NCBI GenBank assembly: GCA_964461775.1 | Contig: CAYWVE010000029.1 | Coordinates: 1 to 24,054 of the forward strand | Direction of reading: 5' to 3' | Length of the DNA: 24,054 nt | Source: an uncultured Candidatus Saccharibacteria bacterium | Lineage (GTDB): Bacteria > Patescibacteriota > Kazan-3B-28 | Part shown: positions 13,066 to 20,702 of the stretch, piece after piece | Layout of the letters: each line of letters begins with the position of its first letter | Position numbering within the stretch: position 1 is the first letter of the stretch | Position numbers and translations under genes: made by a program | Notes under the pieces: generated by a model | Database searches by the model: none | What the model was told of the DNA's origin: nothing | What the model saw: the letters and a program-made list of their open reading frames with translations, nothing else

Positions 13066-14235
13066 ACTCTCCAGTTTCAAAGGTTCGATTCCCGGCATCG
13101 GCAACCCTGCCAGATATGCCAGCATTGCCCCGCCCCCAGTGCTCACATGTGTCAGTAGCTCCGCCACCCGCGCTTCCTTAGCCGCCAAGAGCGTAGAGGC
13201 TCCACCGATCACTACTACACCACGGCTCTGCACCGATCGCATTTCTTGCATCAGTAGCCGAGTTCCCCGGCTACCCTCTTCATTCTGCATCGTACCCAGC
13301 GTTCCGTTCCAGATCACCGAACACGACTGACGAACAATGCCTAGGTACCCCTCCAGGGTACGCGGCCCAATATCTATCACCGCCCCTTGCTGGAATTTTG
13401 CATCCACCGGACACTTCATCTCGACCCCACAATCACACGCCACTCGGTACAGCTCATCCACCACCACCAGGTCGGAATAAGCCGCGCTCCCTAGCAGCAA
13501 GTAGTTAACCATGCCGCTCTGCATCATGGCGATTGCAGCCGCCTTTTTGCTCTCGAGCTTGTTGCCACCCATAATCAGCGCTACTCGCCGAGGCAGCTGC
13601 TCAGACATTATGCGATTCAACGCGCGCACTTCACGCACCATCAGCATCCCAGCGATTGGCCGCTCAAATAATCTCGGCAGCACACTGACCGATGTATGGT
13701 CCCGATGCGCAACCCCGAAAGCATCATTCACATACACCTTGGCTCCGGTGAGCTCCTTAAGCCCCCCTGCAAACGACCGGCCACTCCCCGCCTTCTCCTC
13801 ACGCCAATCAAACCGCAAATTCTCCATCAAAATAACCCCGCGACCCCCCTTCTCTCTCAAGTACGCCAAACGATTCATCAGGGCCTCTGGGTCCCAGCCT
13901 GGGCTTTGAGGTAAACCTCCTCTGTCGACCCAGTATGTTGCGCCCAAGCCAGCATTTGCCACTAAGTGCTTGAGTCTCCCCCGAAGCAACTGAAGCGAGA
14001 GCCGCTGATCCGGCACACCTTGCGGCCGGCCCAGGTGACTGATAACCACACTAATACCACCTTGCTGACCGATATTCCTCAAGGTAGCCATCGACCCCTG
14101 CAGCTTGGTATCATCCAGCACCAGCCGCTTGCCCCTGCTTGCTCCCGCCATTAGCGGTACATTCAGATCCAAGCGCACCAGCACTACCTGCCCCGGATCA
14201 ATACTTCGATCCAGCAGTGTTCGCAAACCATCCAT
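13051..14235 (-). CDS. pgk: Phosphoglycerate kinase homolog, divergent in the nucleotide-binding domain
   Basis: RLDLNVP, SHLGRP, MENLRF, YVNDAFGVAHR, DIGP, WNG and HVSTGGGA. SD GGAGG lies 7 nt before the ATG. Confidence 0.9.
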   Translation of the reverse strand: MDGLRTLLDRSIDPGQVVLVRLDLNVPLMAGASRGKRLVLDDTKLQGSMATLRNIGQQGGISVVISHLGRPQGVPDQRLSLQLLRGRLKHLVANAGLGATYWVDRGGLPQSPGWDPEALMNRLAYLREKGGRGVILMENLRFDWREEKAGSGRSFAGGLKELTGAKVYVNDAFGVAHRDHTSVSVLPRLFERPIAGMLMVREVRALNRIMSEQLPRRVALIMGGNKLESKKAAAIAMMQSGMVNYLLLGSAAYSDLVVVDELYRVACDCGVEMKCPVDAKFQQGAVIDIGPRTLEGYLGIVRQSCSVIWNGTLGTMQNEEGSRGTRLLMQEMRSVQSRGVVVIGGASTLLAAKEARVAELLTHVSTGGGAMLAYLAGLPMPGIEPLKLESRVAM

Positions 14236-14280
14236 TCGTTTGCCTCCAAGTTAAATTTTTCAAGACTCCAAGATGCCAAC

Positions 14281-14309
14281 ACTATAGACTCGACTCCTGC
14301 ATTCGTCAA
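14281..14309 (-). promoter_or_regulatory. Sigma70 promoter for pgk
   Basis: TTGACG (14309-14304), 17 nt spacer, TATAGT (14286-14281). Confidence 0.8.
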
Positions 14310-14321
14310 TCCTCGGCTCGT

Positions 14322-16142
14322 CTACAGATCCTTGATCTGCCCAGCTACCTTCTCCCCTACCACCTCGGCCAAGGCAGGCAGGCTTGCCTCCTTGACCGCT
14401 CGCATCGATCCAAAAGCCTTGATTAGCTTCTTGCGCGTCGCTGGACCCACTCCGGCAATTTTTTCCAGCTCTGATTCGCGTACCTTCTTGCGGGCTAGAT
14501 GTGTATGCAAACCCAAAGCAAACCGATGTGCCTCATCCCGGATCGTTTGCAACAGATACTTGGCTGGGGCATTGTTGGGCAATACGATCACTCCTCCATT
14601 GCCTGGCAAGACAATGTCATCTTTGGCTTTTGGCGCGCTATGATCACCTTTGGCTATCCCGATAATTGGTATCCCAATCGGCCCCAACGCCTGCACCACC
14701 GCATTTACCTGCCCCTTGCCCCCATCGATCACTATCAGGTCAGGACGCCGCGCAAACCCACTATCACTATCCAGCTTGGCAAACCGTCGCTGCAACACCT
14801 CCGCCAACGAGGCGAAGTCATCGGGACCAACCACACTCCGGATTTTAAATCGCCGGTACTGCTCCTTGTTCATCTTGCCCCCTTCAAATACCACCATCGA
14901 TCCCACCGAGTCTGTCCCTTGAGTATTCGAAATATCATAGGCCTCGATCCGATCCAACTTATTTAGCTTCAATAACTTCTCCAGATCCTTCACCCCTTGT
15001 TCATGTCCGCGCTTTTCCAAATTTAAATTCATCGCCAAACTCATCAACCGCAACCGAGCATTCTGATTGGCGATCGTCACCAAATCCCGCCTAGCACCCC
15101 TACTTGGATTTACTAGCTCTACCTGTCGCCCAGCTCGCTGAGCCAACCATTGCTCTAGCACCCCTTCATCGGCAATCTCTACCGGCAACAAAATCACCGG
15201 CGGGATCTCCTCGGTCTGCAGATAAAAATCCCGCATAAAAGCCGAGATCACTTCAGCATCGGTCATCTCGTACTGGCTATCCAGAGCAAATGTCTGACTA
15301 TTGAGCAGCTTTCCTTTCCGGACTCGCAAATACGCCACTACCGCCTTGTTGAGCTGTCGCTCAACCCCCAATACATCCGCCTGCAACCGCAAATTAGTCG
15401 AGACCACCGACTGCCGCTGCCCGATCTTTTCAATCGCCTCCAAGCTATCACGCAGCTTGGCAGCTCGTTCAAATCGCTTTTCGCCAGCCGCTTGCTGCAT
15501 CGCTTTTTTCAGATCTCGCGCTATTGCATCGTATTGTCCGCCAATAAATCGGATCACCTCCTGCATCACCGCTCGATATTCTTCGACCGACACTTTGCCA
15601 ATACACACCCCGCCGCAAATCCCCAAATGATAATTCAAGCACGCTCTCCCCACCCCCTTAGCCAATTTATCGTTACTAATTGCCTGCGGACTCGAACAAA
15701 TCGGGAAAATCTTTTTGATCAGCTTCAGCAAATCATATACCGGTCGACTCTCGATATATGGTCCAAAATACCGCGCCCCATCATTGGCCACCCGTCGAGC
15801 CAGTAAAATTCGCGGAAACTCTTCTTGCATCGTAATCCGGATATACAAATAGCTTTTATCATCCCGCATCAACACATTGAAGGGCGGCCGATGCTTCTTG
15901 ATAAACTCATTTTCCAAAATCAACGCCTCTACCTCACTCCGCACTGCCACCGTCTCTACTGCCGCGATCTTGGCTACTAGCACCTGCGTCTTGATCGACT
16001 GACCAGCAGGCTTAGCCCAATACGAAGTGACTCTTTTGCGCAAGTTCTTAGCTTTACCCACATACAAAATATCCCCGGCCTTATCCTTCATCAGGTATAT
16101 TCCCGGATCGATCGGAATCTCTTTGAAATTCGGCTTATACAT
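14322..16142 (-). CDS. uvrC: Excinuclease ABC subunit C (606 aa)
   Basis: GIY-YIG domain (PGIYLMKD...LYVGKAKNLRKRV), UVR domain, RNaseH-like domain (IEAYDISN, PDLIVIDGGKGQ) and HhH. I place the start at ATG 16142, because homology begins there and a terminator and extended -10 lie just upstream. The track's 58-aa extension to 16316 is rejected. Confidence 0.96.
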   Translation of the reverse strand: MYKPNFKEIPIDPGIYLMKDKAGDILYVGKAKNLRKRVTSYWAKPAGQSIKTQVLVAKIAAVETVAVRSEVEALILENEFIKKHRPPFNVLMRDDKSYLYIRITMQEEFPRILLARRVANDGARYFGPYIESRPVYDLLKLIKKIFPICSSPQAISNDKLAKGVGRACLNYHLGICGGVCIGKVSVEEYRAVMQEVIRFIGGQYDAIARDLKKAMQQAAGEKRFERAAKLRDSLEAIEKIGQRQSVVSTNLRLQADVLGVERQLNKAVVAYLRVRKGKLLNSQTFALDSQYEMTDAEVISAFMRDFYLQTEEIPPVILLPVEIADEGVLEQWLAQRAGRQVELVNPSRGARRDLVTIANQNARLRLMSLAMNLNLEKRGHEQGVKDLEKLLKLNKLDRIEAYDISNTQGTDSVGSMVVFEGGKMNKEQYRRFKIRSVVGPDDFASLAEVLQRRFAKLDSDSGFARRPDLIVIDGGKGQVNAVVQALGPIGIPIIGIAKGDHSAPKAKDDIVLPGNGGVIVLPNNAPAKYLLQTIRDEAHRFALGLHTHLARKKVRESELEKIAGVGPATRKKLIKAFGSMRAVKEASLPALAEVVGEKVAGQIKDL

Positions 16143-16150
16143 ACACACCC

Positions 16151-16159
16151 ATTCTACCA
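16151..16159 (-). promoter_or_regulatory. Extended -10 (TGGTAGAAT) 8 nt upstream of uvrC ATG; probable leaderless start
   Basis: Minus strand reads TG-G-TAGAAT-GGGTGTGT-ATG. Confidence 0.72.
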
Positions 16160-16161
16160 AT

Positions 16162-16186
16162 AAAAAAGGGAGGGCAGCGCCCTCCC
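16162..16186 (-). terminator. Rho-independent terminator ending the uvrA-uvrC intergenic unit
   Basis: GGGAGGGC-GCT-GCCCTCCC followed by TTTTTT. Confidence 0.88.
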
Positions 16187-16537
16187 CATCAACCTGACTC
16201 TCTGCGATAAACGCGTTGTAATCCGGAGGCACCAGTCCTCCCTTGATCTTCTTGGCTGGTAGCTGGATCTTCCAGTAAACTGGCAGCTTGTTTTGCCGAC
16301 CGGGATCGAGAACCACCAGGCGCTAGGCACTAAGTGCCACCGGGGTCTCAAATCAACCATAGTCATCCCACAAGCCAGCTCCTTCCGACCAGTTTGCCCA
16401 GATGCCGAAGATAGATCACAACAAGAGGAGACGACCATCACCGTCCACTTCGAGCTTATAGCTCATACTCAACGCTTACACCGAGAGGTATGAAGGTGCT
16501 CCTCCGACAAGAGTTGATTCTCTCGCCGGATTTACAA
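16162..16537 (-). ncRNA. Candidate ~375-nt structured non-coding RNA of unknown class
   Basis: Has its own promoter and terminator, and no convincing ORF. Nested helices include an 11-bp 5'/3' closing stem (16537-16526 with 16226-16216). G-U pairs favour the minus strand. No tmRNA, RNase P, SRP or intron signature recognised. Confidence 0.62.
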
Positions 16538-16542
16538 GACTC

Positions 16543-16571
16543 AATTTAGCAGACCTCTCCCACCAGCGCAA
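16543..16571 (-). promoter_or_regulatory. Sigma70 promoter for the intergenic unit
   Basis: TTGCGC (16571-16566), 17 nt spacer, TG-C-TAAATT (16551-16543). The predicted start (~16537-16535) coincides with the first base of the closing stem. Confidence 0.68.
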
Positions 16572-16577
16572 GCCCAA

Positions 16578-19409
16578 CTACCGCTTGAGCAGATCTACCA
16601 GATACTTACCGGTGTAGGAACCCTTCACCTTGGCAACCATCTCCGGGGTGCCCTCTGCAATGATCCGACCCCCCAAATCTCCCCCTTCTGGGCCCATGTC
16701 GATCAGCCAGTCAGCCGTTTTGATCACATCCAGACTATGCTCGATCACGACCATCGAGTTGCCTTTTTCGACCAACCGATGCAATACATGCAACAGCTTA
16801 TTTACATCCTCAAAGTGCAATCCTGTGGTTGGCTCATCCAATACATACAAAGTTCGGCCGGTTGCTCTCCGCGACAGCTCACTGGCTAGCTTGATCCGCT
16901 GCGCTTCACCTCCAGACAACTGCGTCGCTGGTTGACCCAGTTTTACATAGCCCAACCCCACTTCCAGCAAAGTTTCTAGCTTTGTCTTGATCGAAGGAAT
17001 ATGTTGGAAAAATTCGATACTATCCTCTACGGTCAGATCCAGCACATCTGCAATGTTTTTGCCTTTGTAGTAAATCGACAAAGTCTCCAGGTTGTACCGG
17101 CGCCCCTTACACACATCACACGGCACATAAACATCGGGCAAGAAGTGCATTTCAATCTTGATTACACCATCACCACGGCAATTCTCGCACCGACCACCTT
17201 TGACATTGAACGAAAAGCGTCCTTGCTTAAAACCGCGTGCTTTTGCCTCGGGCAGAGCCGCAAACATATCGCGAATAAAAGTAAACAACCCAGTATAAGT
17301 AGCCGGATTACTCCGCGGACTCCGACCGATCGGGGACTGGTCGATGTTGATGATCTTATCTATATGCTCAATCCCTTTGATCTCTTTATGCTTGCCCGGC
17401 AAATCATGTGCGCCATGCAATATCCGCGATAGCGATTTGGCCATAATGTCATTGATCAGGATCGATTTGCCCGATCCAGATAATCCGGTGATACAAACAA
17501 AAGTCTGCAACGGAATCTTAGCCGTAACTTTCTGCAGATTAAACTCCTCGGCCTCTACAATCTCCAACCATTTGTCATTTGGCTCTCTGCGCTTCTTGGG
17601 CACCTCGATCTTTCGCTTGCCCGACAGGTACTGGCCGGTTAGCGACCGGGGATTCTTCGCCACCTGAGCTGGCGTACCCTCCGCTACGATTTCTCCACCA
17701 TGCTTACCTGCCAATGGGCCCACATCGATCACCCAATCCGATGTCGTGATCGTCTCCTCGTCGTGCTCCACCACCAATACGGTATTGCCCAGGTCCCGAA
17801 GATTAGACAAAGTTTTGATCAAGCGCTGGTTGTCATGCTGGTGCAAGCCAATCGATGGTTCGTCCAATATATAAATTACGCCAGACAAGCCGGAGCCAAT
17901 TTGAGTCGCCAACCGAATCCGCTGCGCCTCTCCACCAGACAAAGTATTGGCCGAGCGATCTAGGGTCAGGTACTCCAATCCCACATTGCGCAAGAAGCCC
18001 AATCGTTCGTTGATTTCTTTTAAGATTTGTTTCGCAATCAGCTGCTGCTGATCCACCAGCTTGAGCCCTGCAAAAAAACCCACCGATAGTCGCACCGGCA
18101 TCTGTGCCGCTTCAATGATAGATTTGTCCCCCACCGTTACCGCCAATACTTCCGGCTTCAATCGCTTACCTGCACACTCGGGGCAAACCTTGGCAGTCAT
18201 AAATTGTTCTATCTCCGCGCGGATAAAGTCCGAGTCTGTCTCGCGGTAGCGCCGCATCAGGTTTGGAATCACTCCTTCGAACTGCACATCATATTCGTTG
18301 GTCTTGCCCGCGGGAGTCCGGTATTTGACCGTCACCTCATCCTTACCCGTACCATGCAAGACAATCCCCAGCGCCTTCTCCGAAAGTTTAGCTACTGGAA
18401 TATTCAAATCGATCTTGTATTGCTTAGCCACCGCCTCCAGTATTCGGCTCGACCATCCACCTCCAGCCGTCATGTGATTTCCCCATGGTCGCACCGCGCC
18501 TTCGAGCAAGCTCAAGTTTTTGTTCGGAATCAACAAATCCGGATCCAGCTCCATCGTGATCCCCAACCCTGTGCATCGAGGACAAGCACCGTGTGGACTG
18601 TTGAAGGAAAAGTGTCGTGGCTCCAACTCAGGGATGCTAATGTCGCACTTAGGACAAGACAAACTCTCGGAAAAAAACCAATCTTTGGTACCATCACTCA
18701 CCTTTAGCTTGCCATTGGCCAGCCGCAAAGCTGTTTCTACCGAATCCGACAACCGCGTGCGGTCGTCTTGGCTAGCATTAGCCAGATTCAACCGGTCCAC
18801 TACAATCTCGATACTGTGCTTTTTGTTCTTATCTAGCTCTGGCAGCTCATCCATCTCGTACAGGCTACCGTCGATCCGCACCCGAACAAATCCTGACTTT
18901 TTGGCCTCGGCCAACTCTGCCTTAAATTCGCCCTTACGGTCTACAATTACCGGGGCCAAGATTAGCCCCTGTTCAAATTTCAAATTAGTAATCTGCGACA
19001 AGATCTGGTCGATGCTCTGACGCACAACTGCGGCTCCACAGCTAGGACAATGTGGTATTCCTACCCGTGCATACAACAGTCGCAAGTAATCGTATATTTC
19101 GGTAATCGTCCCCACCGTCGAACGCGGGTTGGAGGACGAGGATTTCTGATCGATCGAAATCGCTGGCGAAAGCCCTTCGATACTATCCAAATCTGGCTTA
19201 TTGGTCAGACCCAAAAACTGCCGCGCATACGCCGACAACGACTCTACATACCTCCGGTGCCCTTCGGCGTAGATCGTATCAAACGCCAACGAGCTCTTAC
19301 CCGAACCCGATAAACCGGTAATGGTAACCAGTTTATTTTTGGGTATCCGGACATTAACATTCTTCAAATTATGTTCGCGCGCTCCCCGAACTTCAATAAA
19401 ATCGTTCAT
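16578..19409 (-). CDS. uvrA: Excinuclease ABC subunit A
   Basis: Two ABC ATPase modules (GLSGSGKSS and GLSGSGKSI; LSGGEAQRI twice; LDEP twice), zinc fingers, and N-terminal VRGAREHNLKNV. Confidence 0.98.
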   Translation of the reverse strand: MNDFIEVRGAREHNLKNVNVRIPKNKLVTITGLSGSGKSSLAFDTIYAEGHRRYVESLSAYARQFLGLTNKPDLDSIEGLSPAISIDQKSSSSNPRSTVGTITEIYDYLRLLYARVGIPHCPSCGAAVVRQSIDQILSQITNLKFEQGLILAPVIVDRKGEFKAELAEAKKSGFVRVRIDGSLYEMDELPELDKNKKHSIEIVVDRLNLANASQDDRTRLSDSVETALRLANGKLKVSDGTKDWFFSESLSCPKCDISIPELEPRHFSFNSPHGACPRCTGLGITMELDPDLLIPNKNLSLLEGAVRPWGNHMTAGGGWSSRILEAVAKQYKIDLNIPVAKLSEKALGIVLHGTGKDEVTVKYRTPAGKTNEYDVQFEGVIPNLMRRYRETDSDFIRAEIEQFMTAKVCPECAGKRLKPEVLAVTVGDKSIIEAAQMPVRLSVGFFAGLKLVDQQQLIAKQILKEINERLGFLRNVGLEYLTLDRSANTLSGGEAQRIRLATQIGSGLSGVIYILDEPSIGLHQHDNQRLIKTLSNLRDLGNTVLVVEHDEETITTSDWVIDVGPLAGKHGGEIVAEGTPAQVAKNPRSLTGQYLSGKRKIEVPKKRREPNDKWLEIVEAEEFNLQKVTAKIPLQTFVCITGLSGSGKSILINDIMAKSLSRILHGAHDLPGKHKEIKGIEHIDKIINIDQSPIGRSPRSNPATYTGLFTFIRDMFAALPEAKARGFKQGRFSFNVKGGRCENCRGDGVIKIEMHFLPDVYVPCDVCKGRRYNLETLSIYYKGKNIADVLDLTVEDSIEFFQHIPSIKTKLETLLEVGLGYVKLGQPATQLSGGEAQRIKLASELSRRATGRTLYVLDEPTTGLHFEDVNKLLHVLHRLVEKGNSMVVIEHSLDVIKTADWLIDMGPEGGDLGGRIIAEGTPEMVAKVKGSYTGKYLVDLLKR

Positions 19410-19440
19410 GGTTTTGATTTTTCACCCAAATATCTTGCCC

Positions 19441-19905
19441 TTAGGCCTGCCTATCAATCACTAGCTCCCAGCTGGTTGGTGCCGGTGCCGGATTGATCCA
19501 CTGCCGCAACAATCCACCAGAATATTCTCCACACTTACCAAGCAGCAACGAGCCCATCAAGTACAAAATCACGCCCGTAATTGCCGAAGTGATCATCCCT
19601 TTAGCAGCACCAATCGAAAGATCACCCTTACCTTCACCGCCCGACAATGCATACATGATCCCCGCCGACATTACCATTAGCAGTGCTAGCCCGCCCACAA
19701 TTCTTCCCGCCGTTGTTACCATGGCGCAAATCTGACTATTAAAGGAGCCAAACTCAGTCTGCCCGGGCAATGCTGCCGACACGGTGGTCAGCGTGCTACC
19801 GGCATAAGCCAGCACCAGGAAAACAAAAACAATCAGCATGTACCGATACACCACCACAGCGTGAGTAGTCCACCAGCCCAGCTTGTCGTTCTTTGCTTTT
19901 TTCAT
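19441..19905 (-). CDS. VirB2/TrbC-like (T4SS-type) pilin precursor (154 aa)
   Basis: Signal-like N-terminus, then the two-helix pattern IVGGLALLMVMSAGIMYALSGG...AKGMITSAITGVILYLMGSLLL typical of CPR VirB2-like pilins. Start at ATG 19905, because the track start (19941) sits inside the promoter. Confidence 0.72.
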   Translation of the reverse strand: MKKAKNDKLGWWTTHAVVVYRYMLIVFVFLVLAYAGSTLTTVSAALPGQTEFGSFNSQICAMVTTAGRIVGGLALLMVMSAGIMYALSGGEGKGDLSIGAAKGMITSAITGVILYLMGSLLLGKCGEYSGGLLRQWINPAPAPTSWELVIDRQA

Positions 19906-19932
19906 ATCGGCCCATTGCCAAATACGCTGCTT

Positions 19933-19961
19933 ATAATACACAAAAAGAGCCCAATTATCAA
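19933..19961 (-). promoter_or_regulatory. Sigma70 promoter for the pilin gene (and probably uvrA)
   Basis: TTGATA (19961-19956), 17 nt spacer, TATTAT (19938-19933). Confidence 0.72.
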
Positions 19962-19991
19962 CCCCAGGGCTAATCTGACTGACAGATATTT

Positions 19992-20015
19992 AAAAGGCAG
20001 CTCCTTCGAGCCGCC
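19992..20015 (-). terminator. Rho-independent terminator after the DUF6915-like gene
   Basis: GGCGGCTC-GAAG-GAGCTGCC (8 bp, one G-U) followed by TTTT. Confidence 0.8.
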
Positions 20016-20032
20016 ATGCGTGTACAAAAGTA

Positions 20033-20572
20033 CTAGTTGATAATCCCGGTATCCAAGCCCCCTGTAAAGACAGGTGGAAGAAGCCGAGGAAGGTCGGGAG
20101 GAGGCTTCATCTCGCTCAGAGCCTTCTCCACCTCCGCTTCAAGGTCGGAATTGCCAGTCTCATCACTCGTCTCCTGCGCTTCCGCCACCACCGCTGCCAC
20201 CTGCTCCGCAATCCTTCGTCGACTCGATGGAACCGCTTGCCCTTTGGCGTTGTCCATCCAGTCAGCGAATGCGATGTTGGCCAACCAGTCCTGAACGGTG
20301 GGGATGAACAGCCCGCCATAATCTTCCAGTACATGCTGCTGACCGATCTCTGTCACCGAAATCTCCGTACCATCGGAGTTGGTGATGGAATCACCAAAGA
20401 TCTGCGGCAATATCGTGGTGATAAACCACGAATTGTGCGTCAGTGCCCGATGCCTGGTGTCACCCATCGCAGCCTGACTCGAATCGATCAAGCTATGAAT
20501 AGGCAGATAATCCTGAATGGAACCACCATGTCTGGCAACACTATTCTGAGAATGAAAAACTGGGTTACCCAT
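20033..20572 (-). CDS. DUF6915-like protein (His/Asp-rich, putative metal-binding) with acidic/Pro-rich C-terminal extension (179 aa)
   Basis: MGNPVFHS...HGGSIQDYLPIH..ID.S....D.RHRALTH...QHVLEDYG..FIPTVQDWL matches my recollection of DUF6915. SD AAGGGAG lies 7 nt before ATG 20572 but only 1 nt before ATG 20578. Confidence 0.75.
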   Translation of the reverse strand: MGNPVFHSQNSVARHGGSIQDYLPIHSLIDSSQAAMGDTRHRALTHNSWFITTILPQIFGDSITNSDGTEISVTEIGQQHVLEDYGGLFIPTVQDWLANIAFADWMDNAKGQAVPSSRRRIAEQVAAVVAEAQETSDETGNSDLEAEVEKALSEMKPPPDLPRLLPPVFTGGLDTGIIN

Positions 20573-20611
20573 GGGCATTCTCCCTTAGATGATCAAAGTA
20601 CAACTAGCCAC

Positions 20612-20640
20612 AGACTACAAGATCTCTACCGGGATAGCAA
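20612..20640 (-). promoter_or_regulatory. Sigma70 promoter for the DUF6915-like gene
   Basis: TTGCTA (20640-20635), 17 nt spacer, TAGTCT (20617-20612). The -35 is enclosed by an inverted repeat (20617-20626 and 20651-20660). Confidence 0.6.
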
Positions 20641-20702
20641 TACATCATCAGAAATCTTGTGCCCGTACCTTCTCCCCGTCGAGCCAATTGTGTCCGGCAA
20701 TG

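Noticed and set aside
13079-13100. GGTTCGATTCCC T-loop-like word on the plus strand
   Set aside because: Antisense to pgk codons (PGIEP), with no T-stem or cloverleaf.
14258-14296. Repeated GAGTC words near the pgk promoter, and GAGTCTTG shared with the start of the candidate ncRNA
   Set aside because: Short, irregularly spaced and compatible with chance.
16125-16140. GAAATTCGGCTTA resembling the RNase P 3' conserved region
   Set aside because: Lies antisense within uvrC codons, with no matching GGAAAGUCC upstream.
16143-16316. 58-aa N-terminal extension of UvrC given by the ORF track
   Set aside because: UvrC homology begins at ATG 16142. The extension crosses a strong terminator and the uvrC extended -10.
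16375-16392. SRP helix-8-like word CUGG-UC-GGAA-GG-AGCUG inside the candidate ncRNA
   Set aside because: It resembles CAGG-UCC-GGAA-GGA-AGCAG, but the conserved A positions are U, the stem is only 2 bp, and no clear Alu domain or correct helix order is seen. Too weak to call SRP RNA without a covariance model.
16154-16493. Track ORFs 16154..16441 (-) and 16293..16493 (+)
   Set aside because: No SD or promoter spacing, no recognisable motifs, and the first runs through the terminator.
16216-16537. TGTAA...TTACA ends read as terminal inverted repeats of an IS/MITE
   Set aside because: No target-site duplication in the flanks, no transposase remnant, and the pairing continues inward as nested helices. 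It fits an RNA closing stem better, though a MITE is not fully excluded.
19906-19941. Track start for the pilin gene at 19941
   Set aside because: It overlaps the -10 element. ATG 19905 gives a plausible ~20-nt leader and a basic signal-peptide start.
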